This document shows positions 54,911-64,000 of a stretch of DNA of 64,000 bases, piece after piece; the stretch's first letter is position 1; each line of letters starts with the position of its first letter. This DNA is from an uncultured Actinomycetes bacterium (lineage in GTDB: Bacteria; Actinomycetota; UBA4738; JBBDTT01): assembly GCA_963742735.1 (NCBI GenBank), contig CAVUMN010000004.1:800001-864000 (forward strand), written 5' to 3'. Below the pieces are notes generated by a model. It searched no databases. It was not told the origin of the DNA and was given only the letters and a program-made list of their open reading frames with translations. The translations under genes and the position numbers were made by a program.

Positions 54911-55554
54911 ACCAGCGGGAGATCGAGACGCCGACGGCCGACCTGATCGAGGAGGCCATCGACGCGGGCGACGCGGCCCGGGCGAAAGCGTTGCTCCGGT
55001 CGATGGTGGGGGACTGGGAGCGGAACAAGGACTACTCGATCAACTGGATCACCAGCCTGCTGTCGTTCATCGGCCGGCGGATGGGCGAGCCGGCCGTCGA
55101 GGAGGCCCTCCGCGACTTCGGCGATCGCTACCTGAAGGAGCGGCGCGAGGGTCTGGACGACCTCCCCAAGCGGAAGGTCATGGAGGGCCTGGTCCGGGCG
55201 ATGAAGGCGAACGGCGCCGACGTCGAGCTCAGCGAGCATGACGACCAGTGGGAGGTCAGCTTCCGGTGCGGCAGCGGAGGCAAGCTCATCGACGAGGGCG
55301 CCTACGGCCCGCCCAGGGACTATCTGACACTCCGTCAGACCGGCCCCGCGACCTTCGGCCGGGGCGAGCTCCCCGTGTACTGCGCCCACTGCTCGGTGAA
55401 CAACGAGATGCAGCCCATCGAGTGGTCCGGCGCGCCACTGACGGTCCAGGAGCCGCCCACGCAGCCCGGCGAACGCTGCGTCCACCACGTCTTCAAGGAC
55501 GGCGTCCCGACCCCCGGGGAGTGGTACCGAAGGGTCGGAAAGGAGCCGAGTTAG
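54907..55554 (+). CDS. Conserved hypothetical protein with CGSGG and YCAHC motifs
   Basis: Host-like codon usage; ATGA overlap; clustered Cys/His residues. Confidence 0.75.
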   Translation: MNQREIETPTADLIEEAIDAGDAARAKALLRSMVGDWERNKDYSINWITSLLSFIGRRMGEPAVEEALRDFGDRYLKERREGLDDLPKRKVMEGLVRAMKANGADVELSEHDDQWEVSFRCGSGGKLIDEGAYGPPRDYLTLRQTGPATFGRGELPVYCAHCSVNNEMQPIEWSGAPLTVQEPPTQPGERCVHHVFKDGVPTPGEWYRRVGKEPS

Positions 55555-55928
55555 TTTCCAGGTTGTCGTTTGTCGATCACGAACCAGTAGAGCCGTCGGA
55601 GGTCTCGTATCCCGCCCAGGTTTGTTGGGGTGTACGACTTCGAATTGATACGGGCTCCCTGCAGGATGCCTCCTCCAAAGAACGCGACTCCGCGCGCGAT
55701 CTGAACCTCATTGATGTCGAGCTTCGCGAGCATTTCTGTGATCAGGTCGCGCTCCCGGAAGCCCCTCTTCATCACATAAACGTGGCTGTCAGTGGCGACG
55801 ATGACTCTCCGGCTATTGAATGGGTTTGCGAATACCTCGCTCGACAGGACGGCCTCACGAACCCGTTCTCCTGGTTCCATCCAGGCGTTCATCAACTCCC
55901 GAACCCGTTGCCGATCGACGCGGAGCAC
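55551..55928 (-). CDS. Low-GC hypothetical protein (possible bacterial PH-like fold)
   Basis: GAGG SD; PGE.V...RRVIVATD..VYV pattern; many A/T-ending codons. Confidence 0.55.
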   Translation of the reverse strand: MLRVDRQRVRELMNAWMEPGERVREAVLSSEVFANPFNSRRVIVATDSHVYVMKRGFRERDLITEMLAKLDINEVQIARGVAFFGGGILQGARINSKSYTPTNLGGIRDLRRLYWFVIDKRQPGN

Positions 55929-55941
55929 GCGCTTCCTCGCG

Positions 55942-57117
55942 TCAGTCCAGGCGTTCGATGATCGTGGCGTTGCCCTCGCCGCCGCCTTCGCACATCGTCT
56001 GGAAGCCGTAGCGGCCGCCGGTTCGCTCGAGCTCGTGGAGGAGGGTCGTCATGATCCGCGCGCCCGTCGCGCCGACGGGGTGCCCGAGCGAGATGCCGCT
56101 GCCGTTCACGTTGACCCTCTCCATGTCGGGCTCGAACTCGCGAGCCCACATCGGCACGATCGAGCCCATCGCCTCGTTGCACTCCAGGACGTCGAAGTCG
56201 TCCATCGTCATGCCGCTTCGCTTCAGGATCTTCTTGGTCGCGGGGATCGGACCCTTCAGCATCACCACCGGATCGGTCCCCACCACCGCGAAGGCGTGGA
56301 ACCGCGCCCGCGGCTTGAGCCCCAGCCGGTCGCACGCCTCCGGCGAGGCAATCAGCAGCGCGGCCGCGCCGTCGCTGTAGGGCGAGGAGTTGCCGGCGGT
56401 GATGTCCGGGCAGTCCGGGCGCACCGGCGGGAGCGACGCGAGGACCTCCATCGAGGTCCCGGGACGGATGCACTCGTCGGTCGTCATCTCCTCGACCGAG
56501 CCGTCCTCGCGCGCGACCTTGATCGGGACGATCTCGCGGTCGAACCGGCCCTCCTTGGTCGCCTCGGCCGCGCGCCTGTGAGACTCGACCGCGAGCTGAT
56601 CCATCTCCTCGCGGCTGATGCCCCACTGCGTGGCGATGTCCTGGGCGGCCTGGAACTGCGTGTAGAGGTTCTGCGGGCCACCCACCGCGTCCATCCAGTT
56701 CTGGCTGAACGGGAAGCCCGGGCCCGTGCCGTTCGCGCCGAGGGGCACCCGCGACATGGCCTCGACCCCGCAGGCGATCGCGACGTCGTAGTGGCCGGCC
56801 TGCACGCCCGCCGCCGCGAAGTGCGCGGCCTGCTGCGCCGAGCCGCACTGCCGGTCCACGGTCGTCGCGGGGACGTCGAACGGGAGCCCGGCGGCGATCC
56901 ACGCGTTACGGGTGACGTTGACTCCCTGCTCGCCGGTCTGGGTCACGCAGCCGCCGATGACGTCGTCGACCTCGAGCGGGTCGATGCCGGCGCGGTCGAT
57001 CAACCCGCGCAGGACCAGGCCGAGCAGGTCGATCGGGTGGAAGCCGGACAGCGTCCCGTTCTTCTTGCCGATCGGTGACCGTGCCGCTCCGACGATGTAC
57101 GCCTCGCCCGCCGTCAT
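55942..57117 (-). CDS. Acetyl-CoA C-acyltransferase (thiolase)
   Basis: DRQCGS, NEA, GHPVGATG and MCEGGG motifs. Confidence 0.94.
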   Translation of the reverse strand: MTAGEAYIVGAARSPIGKKNGTLSGFHPIDLLGLVLRGLIDRAGIDPLEVDDVIGGCVTQTGEQGVNVTRNAWIAAGLPFDVPATTVDRQCGSAQQAAHFAAAGVQAGHYDVAIACGVEAMSRVPLGANGTGPGFPFSQNWMDAVGGPQNLYTQFQAAQDIATQWGISREEMDQLAVESHRRAAEATKEGRFDREIVPIKVAREDGSVEEMTTDECIRPGTSMEVLASLPPVRPDCPDITAGNSSPYSDGAAALLIASPEACDRLGLKPRARFHAFAVVGTDPVVMLKGPIPATKKILKRSGMTMDDFDVLECNEAMGSIVPMWAREFEPDMERVNVNGSGISLGHPVGATGARIMTTLLHELERTGGRYGFQTMCEGGGEGNATIIERLD

Positions 57118-59006
57118 GACGCCGCCTCCTCGGACCCGTTCGGCGAGGCCTCGGGCGCCTCACGGGCCTTGCGCATCTTGCGACGCAGGGCCGACGTCCT
57201 CCGCGTGTCGACCTCGAGCGAGTAGTCGTCGAGCTCGCCGGTGAGGATCACGCCGTACTCGCGCTCCGCGGCCTCGCGGCTCACGTACTCGTCGAGGACG
57301 TCGTCGCGGACGGCCTTCGGGTCACGCTCCAGCGCGTCGCCCCATCCGCCGCCGCCGGCGAAGTGGTACTCGATGCGGCCCGGCGGATCGAGCGGCTCGT
57401 ACAGCGCGGTGTGCTCGATGATCCGCTCCTGCGGCGTGCCCGCGCCCAGGGTCAGCTTGTTGGGCGATCCGTCCTGTCCGCCGGCCACCCCGCGCGCCGA
57501 GTACTTCATGCCCAGGACGAACGTGTAGACGGTCTGGGGGAAGGTCGCCTCCTTCACGTAGAACGACCCGCACTGGCCGCGCCACTTGCCCGGCCCGCCG
57601 GTGTCGGTCTCCAGGTCGTGCGAACGCTGGCGGTTGGGGAAGATCGCCTCGTTGATCTCCGCGGTGGCCATGATCAGGTTGCCGAAGCCGGCGTTCGTGC
57701 ACCCCCACCCGTCGGTCCCGTACCCCGCGTTCGAGGTCGTGGACGTCACATCGACCGAGTGGTCGATGAAGATCACGTCCATCAGTGCGGTGCCGGGAGG
57801 CGCGGTGGCCATCTTCTTGGGGTCCACGCCGAACAGGACCGTCGGCATCGCCGCCTTGTACACCTGCGGGACGGCCTTCTCGGGGATGGCCTGGGACAGG
57901 GCCATCGAGACGGCCTCGGAGATCTCGCAGCCCGGGTGGTGAGTCCCCATCGACACGGGCTTGCCGTGGGCCGGGTTCACGATCGTGTTCTCCGGATAGA
58001 CGATCTCGACCGGGCGGAACAGGCCCTCGTTCTTCGGGACGTCGCTGGGGATCATCGAGCAGAGCTGGGCCATGGTCATCGACCGAGTGTTGCCGCGCGT
58101 GGACCACGCCTGCAGGAACTCCCGGTCGTCCGAGCCGGTGTAGTCGATGACGAGCGAGTCGTCCTTCACCGTGACCTTCACGTGGATCTTCACGTCCTTG
58201 TTGCCCTTGACGTCGTGGTCGAAGAACGAGTCGGCCTCGTACTCGCCGTCGGGCCACGAGCGGATCTCGTCGCGGAACCGGCGCTCGGTCAGGTTGATGG
58301 TGTGCTCCACCGCCGAGCGCACCGTGTCGGCTCCGTACTTCTTCACCAGCTCCTTGATGCGCCGCGCCCCGAGCTGGGCCGCGCCGACCTGCGCCCGCAG
58401 GTCGCCCTCGTACGTCGGCGTCCGGTTGTTCGTCTTCAGCAGGTAGAAGACGTCCTCGCGGGGGACGCCGGCGTCGACGAGCTTCAGGGCGGGACAGCGG
58501 AACCCCTCGGCCCAGATGTCCATCGCGTCGGCCGGGTAGCCGCCGGGGGTCTGGCCGCCGACGTCGGCATGGTGGCACTGGATCGACGCGAACAGGACCA
58601 GGTCGCCCTTCACGAACACCGGCGCGAAGATCGACCAGTCCGGGAGGTGCCCGCCGCCGTGGTACGGGTCGTTGCACGCCACGACGTCGCCGTCCTTGAA
58701 CCCCTCGCGCCCGAAGAAGTCGAGGGCGAACCGCACCGGGCCCATCGAGCTGAGCATGAACTGGGGGATGCCGACGTCGAGCGCGGCCAGCCGGCCGTAC
58801 TCGTCGAGGATCGTCGCGTTGCGTTCGTTCGACTGGTTGAGGATCGGCGTGGTCGCGGTGAGCGAGACGTGGGTCGCCATCTCGAACGCGATGGTCTCCA
58901 GCGCTCCGCGGATGACCTCGGCGGTCACCGGGTCGATCGGCTTGACCTTGGGCCGGACCTTCGCCGGCAGGACGTCCCAGTCGCCTTCCACGATCCCGGT
59001 GCTCAC
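57114..59006 (-). CDS. Hydantoinase B / oxoprolinase family subunit
   Basis: IDPVTAEVI, NDPYHGGGHLPD, HHADVGG, GPGKWRG and GGGGWGD motifs; GGGAGG SD 6 nt before GTG 59006; in frame with subunit A as assembled. Confidence 0.85.
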   Translation of the reverse strand: MSTGIVEGDWDVLPAKVRPKVKPIDPVTAEVIRGALETIAFEMATHVSLTATTPILNQSNERNATILDEYGRLAALDVGIPQFMLSSMGPVRFALDFFGREGFKDGDVVACNDPYHGGGHLPDWSIFAPVFVKGDLVLFASIQCHHADVGGQTPGGYPADAMDIWAEGFRCPALKLVDAGVPREDVFYLLKTNNRTPTYEGDLRAQVGAAQLGARRIKELVKKYGADTVRSAVEHTINLTERRFRDEIRSWPDGEYEADSFFDHDVKGNKDVKIHVKVTVKDDSLVIDYTGSDDREFLQAWSTRGNTRSMTMAQLCSMIPSDVPKNEGLFRPVEIVYPENTIVNPAHGKPVSMGTHHPGCEISEAVSMALSQAIPEKAVPQVYKAAMPTVLFGVDPKKMATAPPGTALMDVIFIDHSVDVTSTTSNAGYGTDGWGCTNAGFGNLIMATAEINEAIFPNRQRSHDLETDTGGPGKWRGQCGSFYVKEATFPQTVYTFVLGMKYSARGVAGGQDGSPNKLTLGAGTPQERIIEHTALYEPLDPPGRIEYHFAGGGGWGDALERDPKAVRDDVLDEYVSREAAEREYGVILTGELDDYSLEVDTRRTSALRRKMRKAREAPEASPNGSEEAAS

Positions 59007-61065
59007 TTGGAACCTCCCCGTGTCGGCCACGTAGTTGCCCTGCCGGTCCAGCTTCGCGGTCCATCCCGGCGGGATGACCACGGTGGTGAACGGCTCCTCA
59101 ATGATCGCCGGGCCCTTCACGCTCTGGCCCGCGCGCAGGGCCGGGCCGTCGTAGACCTTTGTCCTGCGGAACCTCCCGCCGAACCACGCCTCGCGCGTCT
59201 CGCCGGCGACGGGTGGATTGCTGCTGCCCGGCGTCCTCGGCAGCGGCGGCGCCTTCAGACGGGCCGACGAGCGGACCCGCAGGGCGGCGATCATCGGCGT
59301 CTCGCCGCGCCGCGCGTAGGTGTGGAGGTCCTCGTGCATCGAGTGGAACCGCTCGGCCAGCCGCTCGAGGCCCTTCGCGTCCATCGTCCCCTTCAGCGGC
59401 ACGTCGATGTCCCAGGTCTGGCCCGGGTAGCGGACCTGCGCGAAGCGCTCGTGCGCGTACTTCTTCGAGGGGAGGTCCGCGCGCGAGAGCTCCTCCGTCG
59501 CCATGGCCTCGAGCTCGCCGAAGATCGCCTCGAGCTTCTCGGGCTGGGCCTCGTTGGTGTTCACCAGCGTCGCCCGCACCCGGTCGACCAGGTAGTCCGA
59601 GACCAGCAGCCCCAGCGCGGAGAACGCCGGGGCCGTGCGGGGGATGACCACCCGGCGGATCCCGAGCTCATCGGCCTGGTGCAGCGCGTGGACCGCGCCG
59701 TTGCCGCCGAACACCAGCAGCGCGAACTCGCGAGGGTCCAGGCCGCGCTCGGCCGAGACCCGCACGATCGCGTTGTTCATGTTCGCGTTCACCAGCCGGT
59801 GGATGCCCCACGCGGCCTCGACGCCGTTCAGGCCGAGTGGCGCGCCGATCTGCTTCTCGATGACCTCGGCCAGCCCGTCCGACTTCAGCGGGAACTCGCC
59901 GCCGGCGAAGTTCTCCGGGTTCAGGTAGCCGAGGACGAGGTTGGCGTCGGTGACGGTGGGCTGGGTCCCGCCGCGGCCGTAGCAGATCGGGCCGGGGTCC
60001 GAGCCCGCGGACTGGGGGCCGACCTGGAGCGCGCCGGCCGTGACCGAGGCCAGCGAGCCGCCGCCGGAGCCGATCGACACGACGTCGACCATGGGCAGCG
60101 CCACCAGGTACCGGTTGATCCAGTTCCACGAGGACTTCACGTTCGGCTCCGCCGCCCGAACCAGGCAGACGTCGTAGGACGTGCCGCCCATGTCGACCGA
60201 GATGAAGTCCGGAACCCCCGCCTCCTTGCCGACGACCGCCGCGCCGCGGACGCCGCCGGCGGGACCGGACGCGAGGGTGGCGATGGGCCGCCCGAGGGTG
60301 GACGAGGCCGTGGCGATCCCGCCGCTCGACTGCATCACCAGGAGCTCGTGGGCGAAGCCCTTCTTCTTGAGCTGCTCGGTCAGGCGCTTCAGGTAGCGCT
60401 GCACCGGCGGGCCGACGTAGGCGTTCACGACGGTGGTCGACGTGCGCTCGAACTCGGGGGCCGCGGGGTGGACCTCGTGCGAGAGCGAGACCATCCCGAC
60501 CTTCGGGTACTCCTTGCGGATGATCTCGCCGATCCGCACCTCGTGGGCCGGGTTCACGAAGGAGAACAGGGTCACCACCGCGATCGACTCGATGCCGGCG
60601 CCCTTCAGCCGGCGGACCGCCCGGCGGACCTCGTCCTCGTCGAGCTCCACCAGGACGTTGCCCTGGTAGTCGAGCCGTTCGTTGAGGGGCAAGCGGAACC
60701 GGCGCGGGGCGATCTGGGGCGGCTTCGGGTACGAGGGGTCCCAGATGTTCTCCTTGTAGCCGCGCCGCAGCTCGATCTCGTCGCGGGCGCCCTTCGAGAC
60801 GAGCAGGCCCGTCTTCGCGCCGTTCAGCTCGATCATCGTGTTGTCGGCGGTGGTGGTGCCGTGGACGATCAGGTCGGTCTGCTCGAGGAACTTCCGCAGG
60901 GTCAGGCCGTTGCCGTCGGCGATGCGCTCCAGGCCCTCCATCACCCCGGCGGACTGGTCGTCCTGGGTCGTGAAGTTCTTGGTCAGGCCGAACGTCGCCG
61001 TCCGGCGCGACCGTGAGGAAGTCGGTGAACGTCCCGCCGACGTCGATCCCAACCCGGTAGCCCAT
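59003..61065 (-). CDS. Hydantoinase A / oxoprolinase family subunit (frameshift near 60990, probable extra G near 59016)
   Basis: GIDVGGTFTD, HGTT, SGPAGG, DMGGTS, GPQSAG and PTVTDAN motifs; the N-terminus lies in a different frame from the rest. Confidence 0.85.
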
Positions 61066-61073
61066 CGACCCTC

Positions 61074-62516
61074 CTACTTGAGCTGCACGTAGACGTTCTT
61101 GGTCTCGAGGTAGCTGTCCAGGGCCTCCCGGCCGCCCTCCCGGCCGAGGCCCGAGTCCTTGTAGCCGCCGAACGGCGTCCCCGGGTTCACGAGCAGCCAT
61201 GAGTTCACCCAGACGGTCCCCGCCCGGATGGCCTTGGCCACGCTGTGCGCGCGGTTGAGGTCGTTGGTCCACACCCCGCCGGCCAGGCCGTAGGGGGTGT
61301 CGTTGGCGATCGCGATGGCCTCGGCCTGGTCCGCGAACGGGATGACCGAGAGCACCGGTCCGAAGATCTCCTCCCGGGCGATCCGCTGGTCGTTCGTCAC
61401 GCCGGTGAGGATCGTCGGCGGGACGAAGTAGCCGTCGGCAAGGTCGCCGGCGAGACGCTCGCCGCCCAGGACCACCTCCGCGGAGCCGCGGGCCTCGTCC
61501 ACGATCCCCAGGACTCGCTGCAGGTGCGGCTCGGAGATGAGCGGGCCCATCAGCGTCCCCGGCTGGAGCGGGTCGCCCACGGTCATGCCCCCCGCGGCCG
61601 CCTTCACCCGCTCGACGAACGCGTCGGCGATCGAGGCCTCCACCAGCAGCCGGCTGCCGGCGAGGCACGTCTGTCCGGTGTTGAGGAAGATGCCGGACGC
61701 CGCGGAGAGGGCGGCCGCGTCCAGGTCGGCGTCGGCGAACACGAGGTTCGCGGACTTGCCGCCGAGCTCCAGGGAGACCTTCTTCAGGTTCCGCCCGGCG
61801 ATCTCGGCCACACGGCGGCCGGTCTCGCTTCCGCCGGTGAACGCGATGCGGTCCACGCCCGGATGCTCGATCAGGGCGGTCCCGGTCGAGCCGTCGCCGG
61901 TGACCACGTTCACGACCCCCCGCGGGAAGCCGGCCTTGGCGACCAGCTCGGTCAGGCGCAGCGGCGCGAGCGGGGCGAGCTCCGACGGCTTGAGGACGAC
62001 GGCGTTGCCGGCCGCCAGGGCGGGTGCCAGCTTGAACACCGACAGGGAGATCGGCGCGTTCCACGGGATGATCGCGGCGACCACGCCGATCGGCTCCCGG
62101 AGCGTGTAGTCGAACACCCCCGGCGCCGTGACCGGCACGACCGCGCCCTCGATCTTGTCGGCCCATCCGGCGAAGTACTCCAGGTACTCGGCGGAGAAGA
62201 GGGCCTCACCCATCGTGAAGCCGTGGGGCATCCCCATCTCCTCGCTGGCCACCCGGCCGATCTCCATCGCGTCCTCGGCCAGGAGCTGCGCCAGACGAAG
62301 GAGCAGCTTTCGGCGCTCCTGGGGCGGGGAATCCGCCCACCCGCGGTCGAGCGCCTTGCGGGCCGCGGTCACGGCCGCGTCCACCTCCTCGACGGTGCCG
62401 GTCGGCACCGACGCCAGGGCCTTTCCGGTGGTGGGGTTGAGGTTCTGGATCGACTCGCCGGCGCCCTCCCGCCACTCACCCCCGATGAACAGCTTGGTCA
62501 CGGTCTCGGTCGTCAT
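61074..62516 (-). CDS. Aldehyde dehydrogenase
   Basis: PWN, KPSE, FTGG, LELGGKS, GQTC and EEIFGP motifs. Confidence 0.95.
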   Translation of the reverse strand: MTTETVTKLFIGGEWREGAGESIQNLNPTTGKALASVPTGTVEEVDAAVTAARKALDRGWADSPPQERRKLLLRLAQLLAEDAMEIGRVASEEMGMPHGFTMGEALFSAEYLEYFAGWADKIEGAVVPVTAPGVFDYTLREPIGVVAAIIPWNAPISLSVFKLAPALAAGNAVVLKPSELAPLAPLRLTELVAKAGFPRGVVNVVTGDGSTGTALIEHPGVDRIAFTGGSETGRRVAEIAGRNLKKVSLELGGKSANLVFADADLDAAALSAASGIFLNTGQTCLAGSRLLVEASIADAFVERVKAAAGGMTVGDPLQPGTLMGPLISEPHLQRVLGIVDEARGSAEVVLGGERLAGDLADGYFVPPTILTGVTNDQRIAREEIFGPVLSVIPFADQAEAIAIANDTPYGLAGGVWTNDLNRAHSVAKAIRAGTVWVNSWLLVNPGTPFGGYKDSGLGREGGREALDSYLETKNVYVQLK

Positions 62517-63685
62517 GCCCCCACCCGCTCGATGACCATGGCCGAGCCGAGCCCGCCCCCGGCGCACATGGTCGCCACGCCGTATCGGCCCTCACGCCGC
62601 TCGAGCTCGTGCAGGAGCGTCGTCACCAGGCGCGCGCCGGTGCACCCGACCGGATGGCCGAGGGCCACGGCGCCGCCGTTCACGTTGACCTTCTCAGGAT
62701 CGAGACCGAGCTCGCGGACGCAGGCCACCGTCATCGCCGCGAACGCCTCGTTCAGCTCGATGAGCTCCATGTCCTCCAGGCTCAGGCCGGCGCGCTTCAA
62801 CGCCTTGGGGACGGCCTCGATCGGGCCGGTCCCGGTGTAGTTGGGGTCGACCCCCACGCTGGCCCAGCCGCGGATCACGGCGCGAGGCGTCAGGCCGAGG
62901 GCCTGCGCCTTCGACGCGGAGGTGACCACCAGCGAGGCCGCCCCGTCGTTGATGCCGCTGGCGTTGCCGGCGGTGACCGTGCCGCCCTCCTTGTAGACCG
63001 GAGGGAGCTTCGCGAGGGCCTCGAGCGTCGTGTCGCGCCGGGGGCGCTCGTCGGTGTCGACGGTCGTGGACCCCCGCTTCCCGGGGACCTCGACCGGGAG
63101 GATCTCCTTCGCGAACCGTCCCTCGTCGATGGCGGCCACCGCGCGCTGGTGCGAACGCAGCGCCCATTCGTCCTGGTCCTCGCGGGTCACGCCGTACTTC
63201 TCGGCGACGTTCTCGCCGGTGTTCAGGCCCACGGAGAACGGTCCCATCTCCAGCGGATGGGTCAGCGGGATGAAGTACTCGGCGGGTTTGCGGGCGTACG
63301 CCTGGGCCGGCCGGCGCTGCAGGAACGGCTGCTGGGACATGCTCTCGGTCCCGCCGGTCAGGAACGCCTCGCCGGTGCCCGCCCACACCGCCGTGGCCGC
63401 CTGGATCACGGCCTCGAGCCCGGTGGCGCACGCCCGGATCACCGTGTAGCCGGGGACCTCGCGGGGGACCCCGACGGCCAGCCCGATGAAGCGGCCGGCG
63501 TTGCCGCCGCCCCCCACCGTCTCGCCGATGATCACGTCGTCGAACACGCCCGGGTCGATCCCCGCGCGGGAGATGGCCTCCCGGCACGTGGCGATCGACA
63601 GATCCCAGGCCGAGACCGGTGCGAGCGCGCCGCCCGCGTTGCCGATCGGCGTGCGCACCGCGGCGACGATGACCGCGTCTTCCAC
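62513..63685 (-). CDS. Acetyl-CoA C-acyltransferase (thiolase)
   Basis: RACATG, NEAF, GHPVGCTG and MCAGGG motifs. Confidence 0.94.
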   Translation of the reverse strand: MEDAVIVAAVRTPIGNAGGALAPVSAWDLSIATCREAISRAGIDPGVFDDVIIGETVGGGGNAGRFIGLAVGVPREVPGYTVIRACATGLEAVIQAATAVWAGTGEAFLTGGTESMSQQPFLQRRPAQAYARKPAEYFIPLTHPLEMGPFSVGLNTGENVAEKYGVTREDQDEWALRSHQRAVAAIDEGRFAKEILPVEVPGKRGSTTVDTDERPRRDTTLEALAKLPPVYKEGGTVTAGNASGINDGAASLVVTSASKAQALGLTPRAVIRGWASVGVDPNYTGTGPIEAVPKALKRAGLSLEDMELIELNEAFAAMTVACVRELGLDPEKVNVNGGAVALGHPVGCTGARLVTTLLHELERREGRYGVATMCAGGGLGSAMVIERVGA

Positions 63686-63692
63686 GACTCGC

Positions 63693-64000
63693 TTATAGCC
63701 CCTCGGGCCCGGTGCGTGCGACCCCTCGCGCCTGGCTCACGAGCCGGAGCACCAGCGGACCCATGGCCTCGTGCATCGGGTTGTCGCTCTTGCCGGTGGC
63801 GAACCGGTGGTAGCTGCCCTCCAGGATGCAGGCCAGCTTGAACAGCGCGAGGACCACGTAATAGTCGAGCCGGTCCAGCGAGCGGCCGCTGACCGAGGCG
63901 TATCGCTCGGCCAGCTCGGCCCGCGCCGGCAGGCCCGTCCGGTCGGCGAAGTAGGCGCTGGTGAACCGGGCGTCCTCCTCGTCCGGGTCCTGCCAGCCGG
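63693..64000 (-). CDS. Phosphotransferase (APH / ACAD10-11 kinase-like), C-terminal part
   Basis: Manual translation GLPARAELAERYASVSGRSLDRLDYYVVLALFKLACILEGSYHRF; TAA at 63693-63695. Confidence 0.85.
   Translation of the reverse strand, partial: GWQDPDEEDARFTSAYFADRTGLPARAELAERYASVSGRSLDRLDYYVVLALFKLACILEGSYHRFATGKSDNPMHEAMGPLVLRLVSQARGVARTGPEGL

Noticed and set aside
60980-61000. Programmed frameshift in hydantoinase A
   Set aside because: No slippery sequence, and similar single-base insertions elsewhere point to assembly error
57363-61016. 1217-aa plus-strand ORF
   Set aside because: Antisense mirror of the hydantoinase genes with no recognisable motifs

Overview
Very GC-rich, gene-dense window from an actinobacterial-type genome; the lineage is inferred from GC content, widespread leaderless TANNNT starts and gene content. 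About 60 CDSs form a large acyl-CoA/lipid/aromatic/steroid-like catabolic neighbourhood. It holds 5 acyl-CoA dehydrogenases, 2 Ltp-thiolase/DUF35 pairs, 2 thiolases, 4 CoA ligases, 2 CoA transferases, 2 tandem P450s, 3 amidohydrolases, hydantoinase/oxoprolinase A and B and 2 aldehyde dehydrogenases. I saw no rRNA, tRNA or CRISPR array. The signals least explained by ordinary annotation are: (1) two tandem ~110-nt non-coding units at 1077-1325, each with a conserved upstream box, a -35/18-bp/-10 promoter and a 16-bp covarying hairpin with a U-rich tail, a candidate array of tiny RNAs; (2) an operon with a divergent KARI, an epimerase, a ceramide-synthase-like GNAT, a ThDP enzyme, a FAD oxidoreductase and CruF; (3) a Cys-conserved secreted beta-propeller present once alone and once fused to a PQQ-type domain; (4) a 1.8-kb relaxase-remnant insertion flanked by a 7-bp duplication; (5) a recurring TGAC-N6-GTCA operator; (6) a 45-aa acidic small protein absent from the ORF track. 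Frameshifts at ~7.9 kb, 9.6-10.8 kb, ~59.0 kb and ~61.0 kb look like assembly indels. All family assignments are from motif recognition, not database searches.
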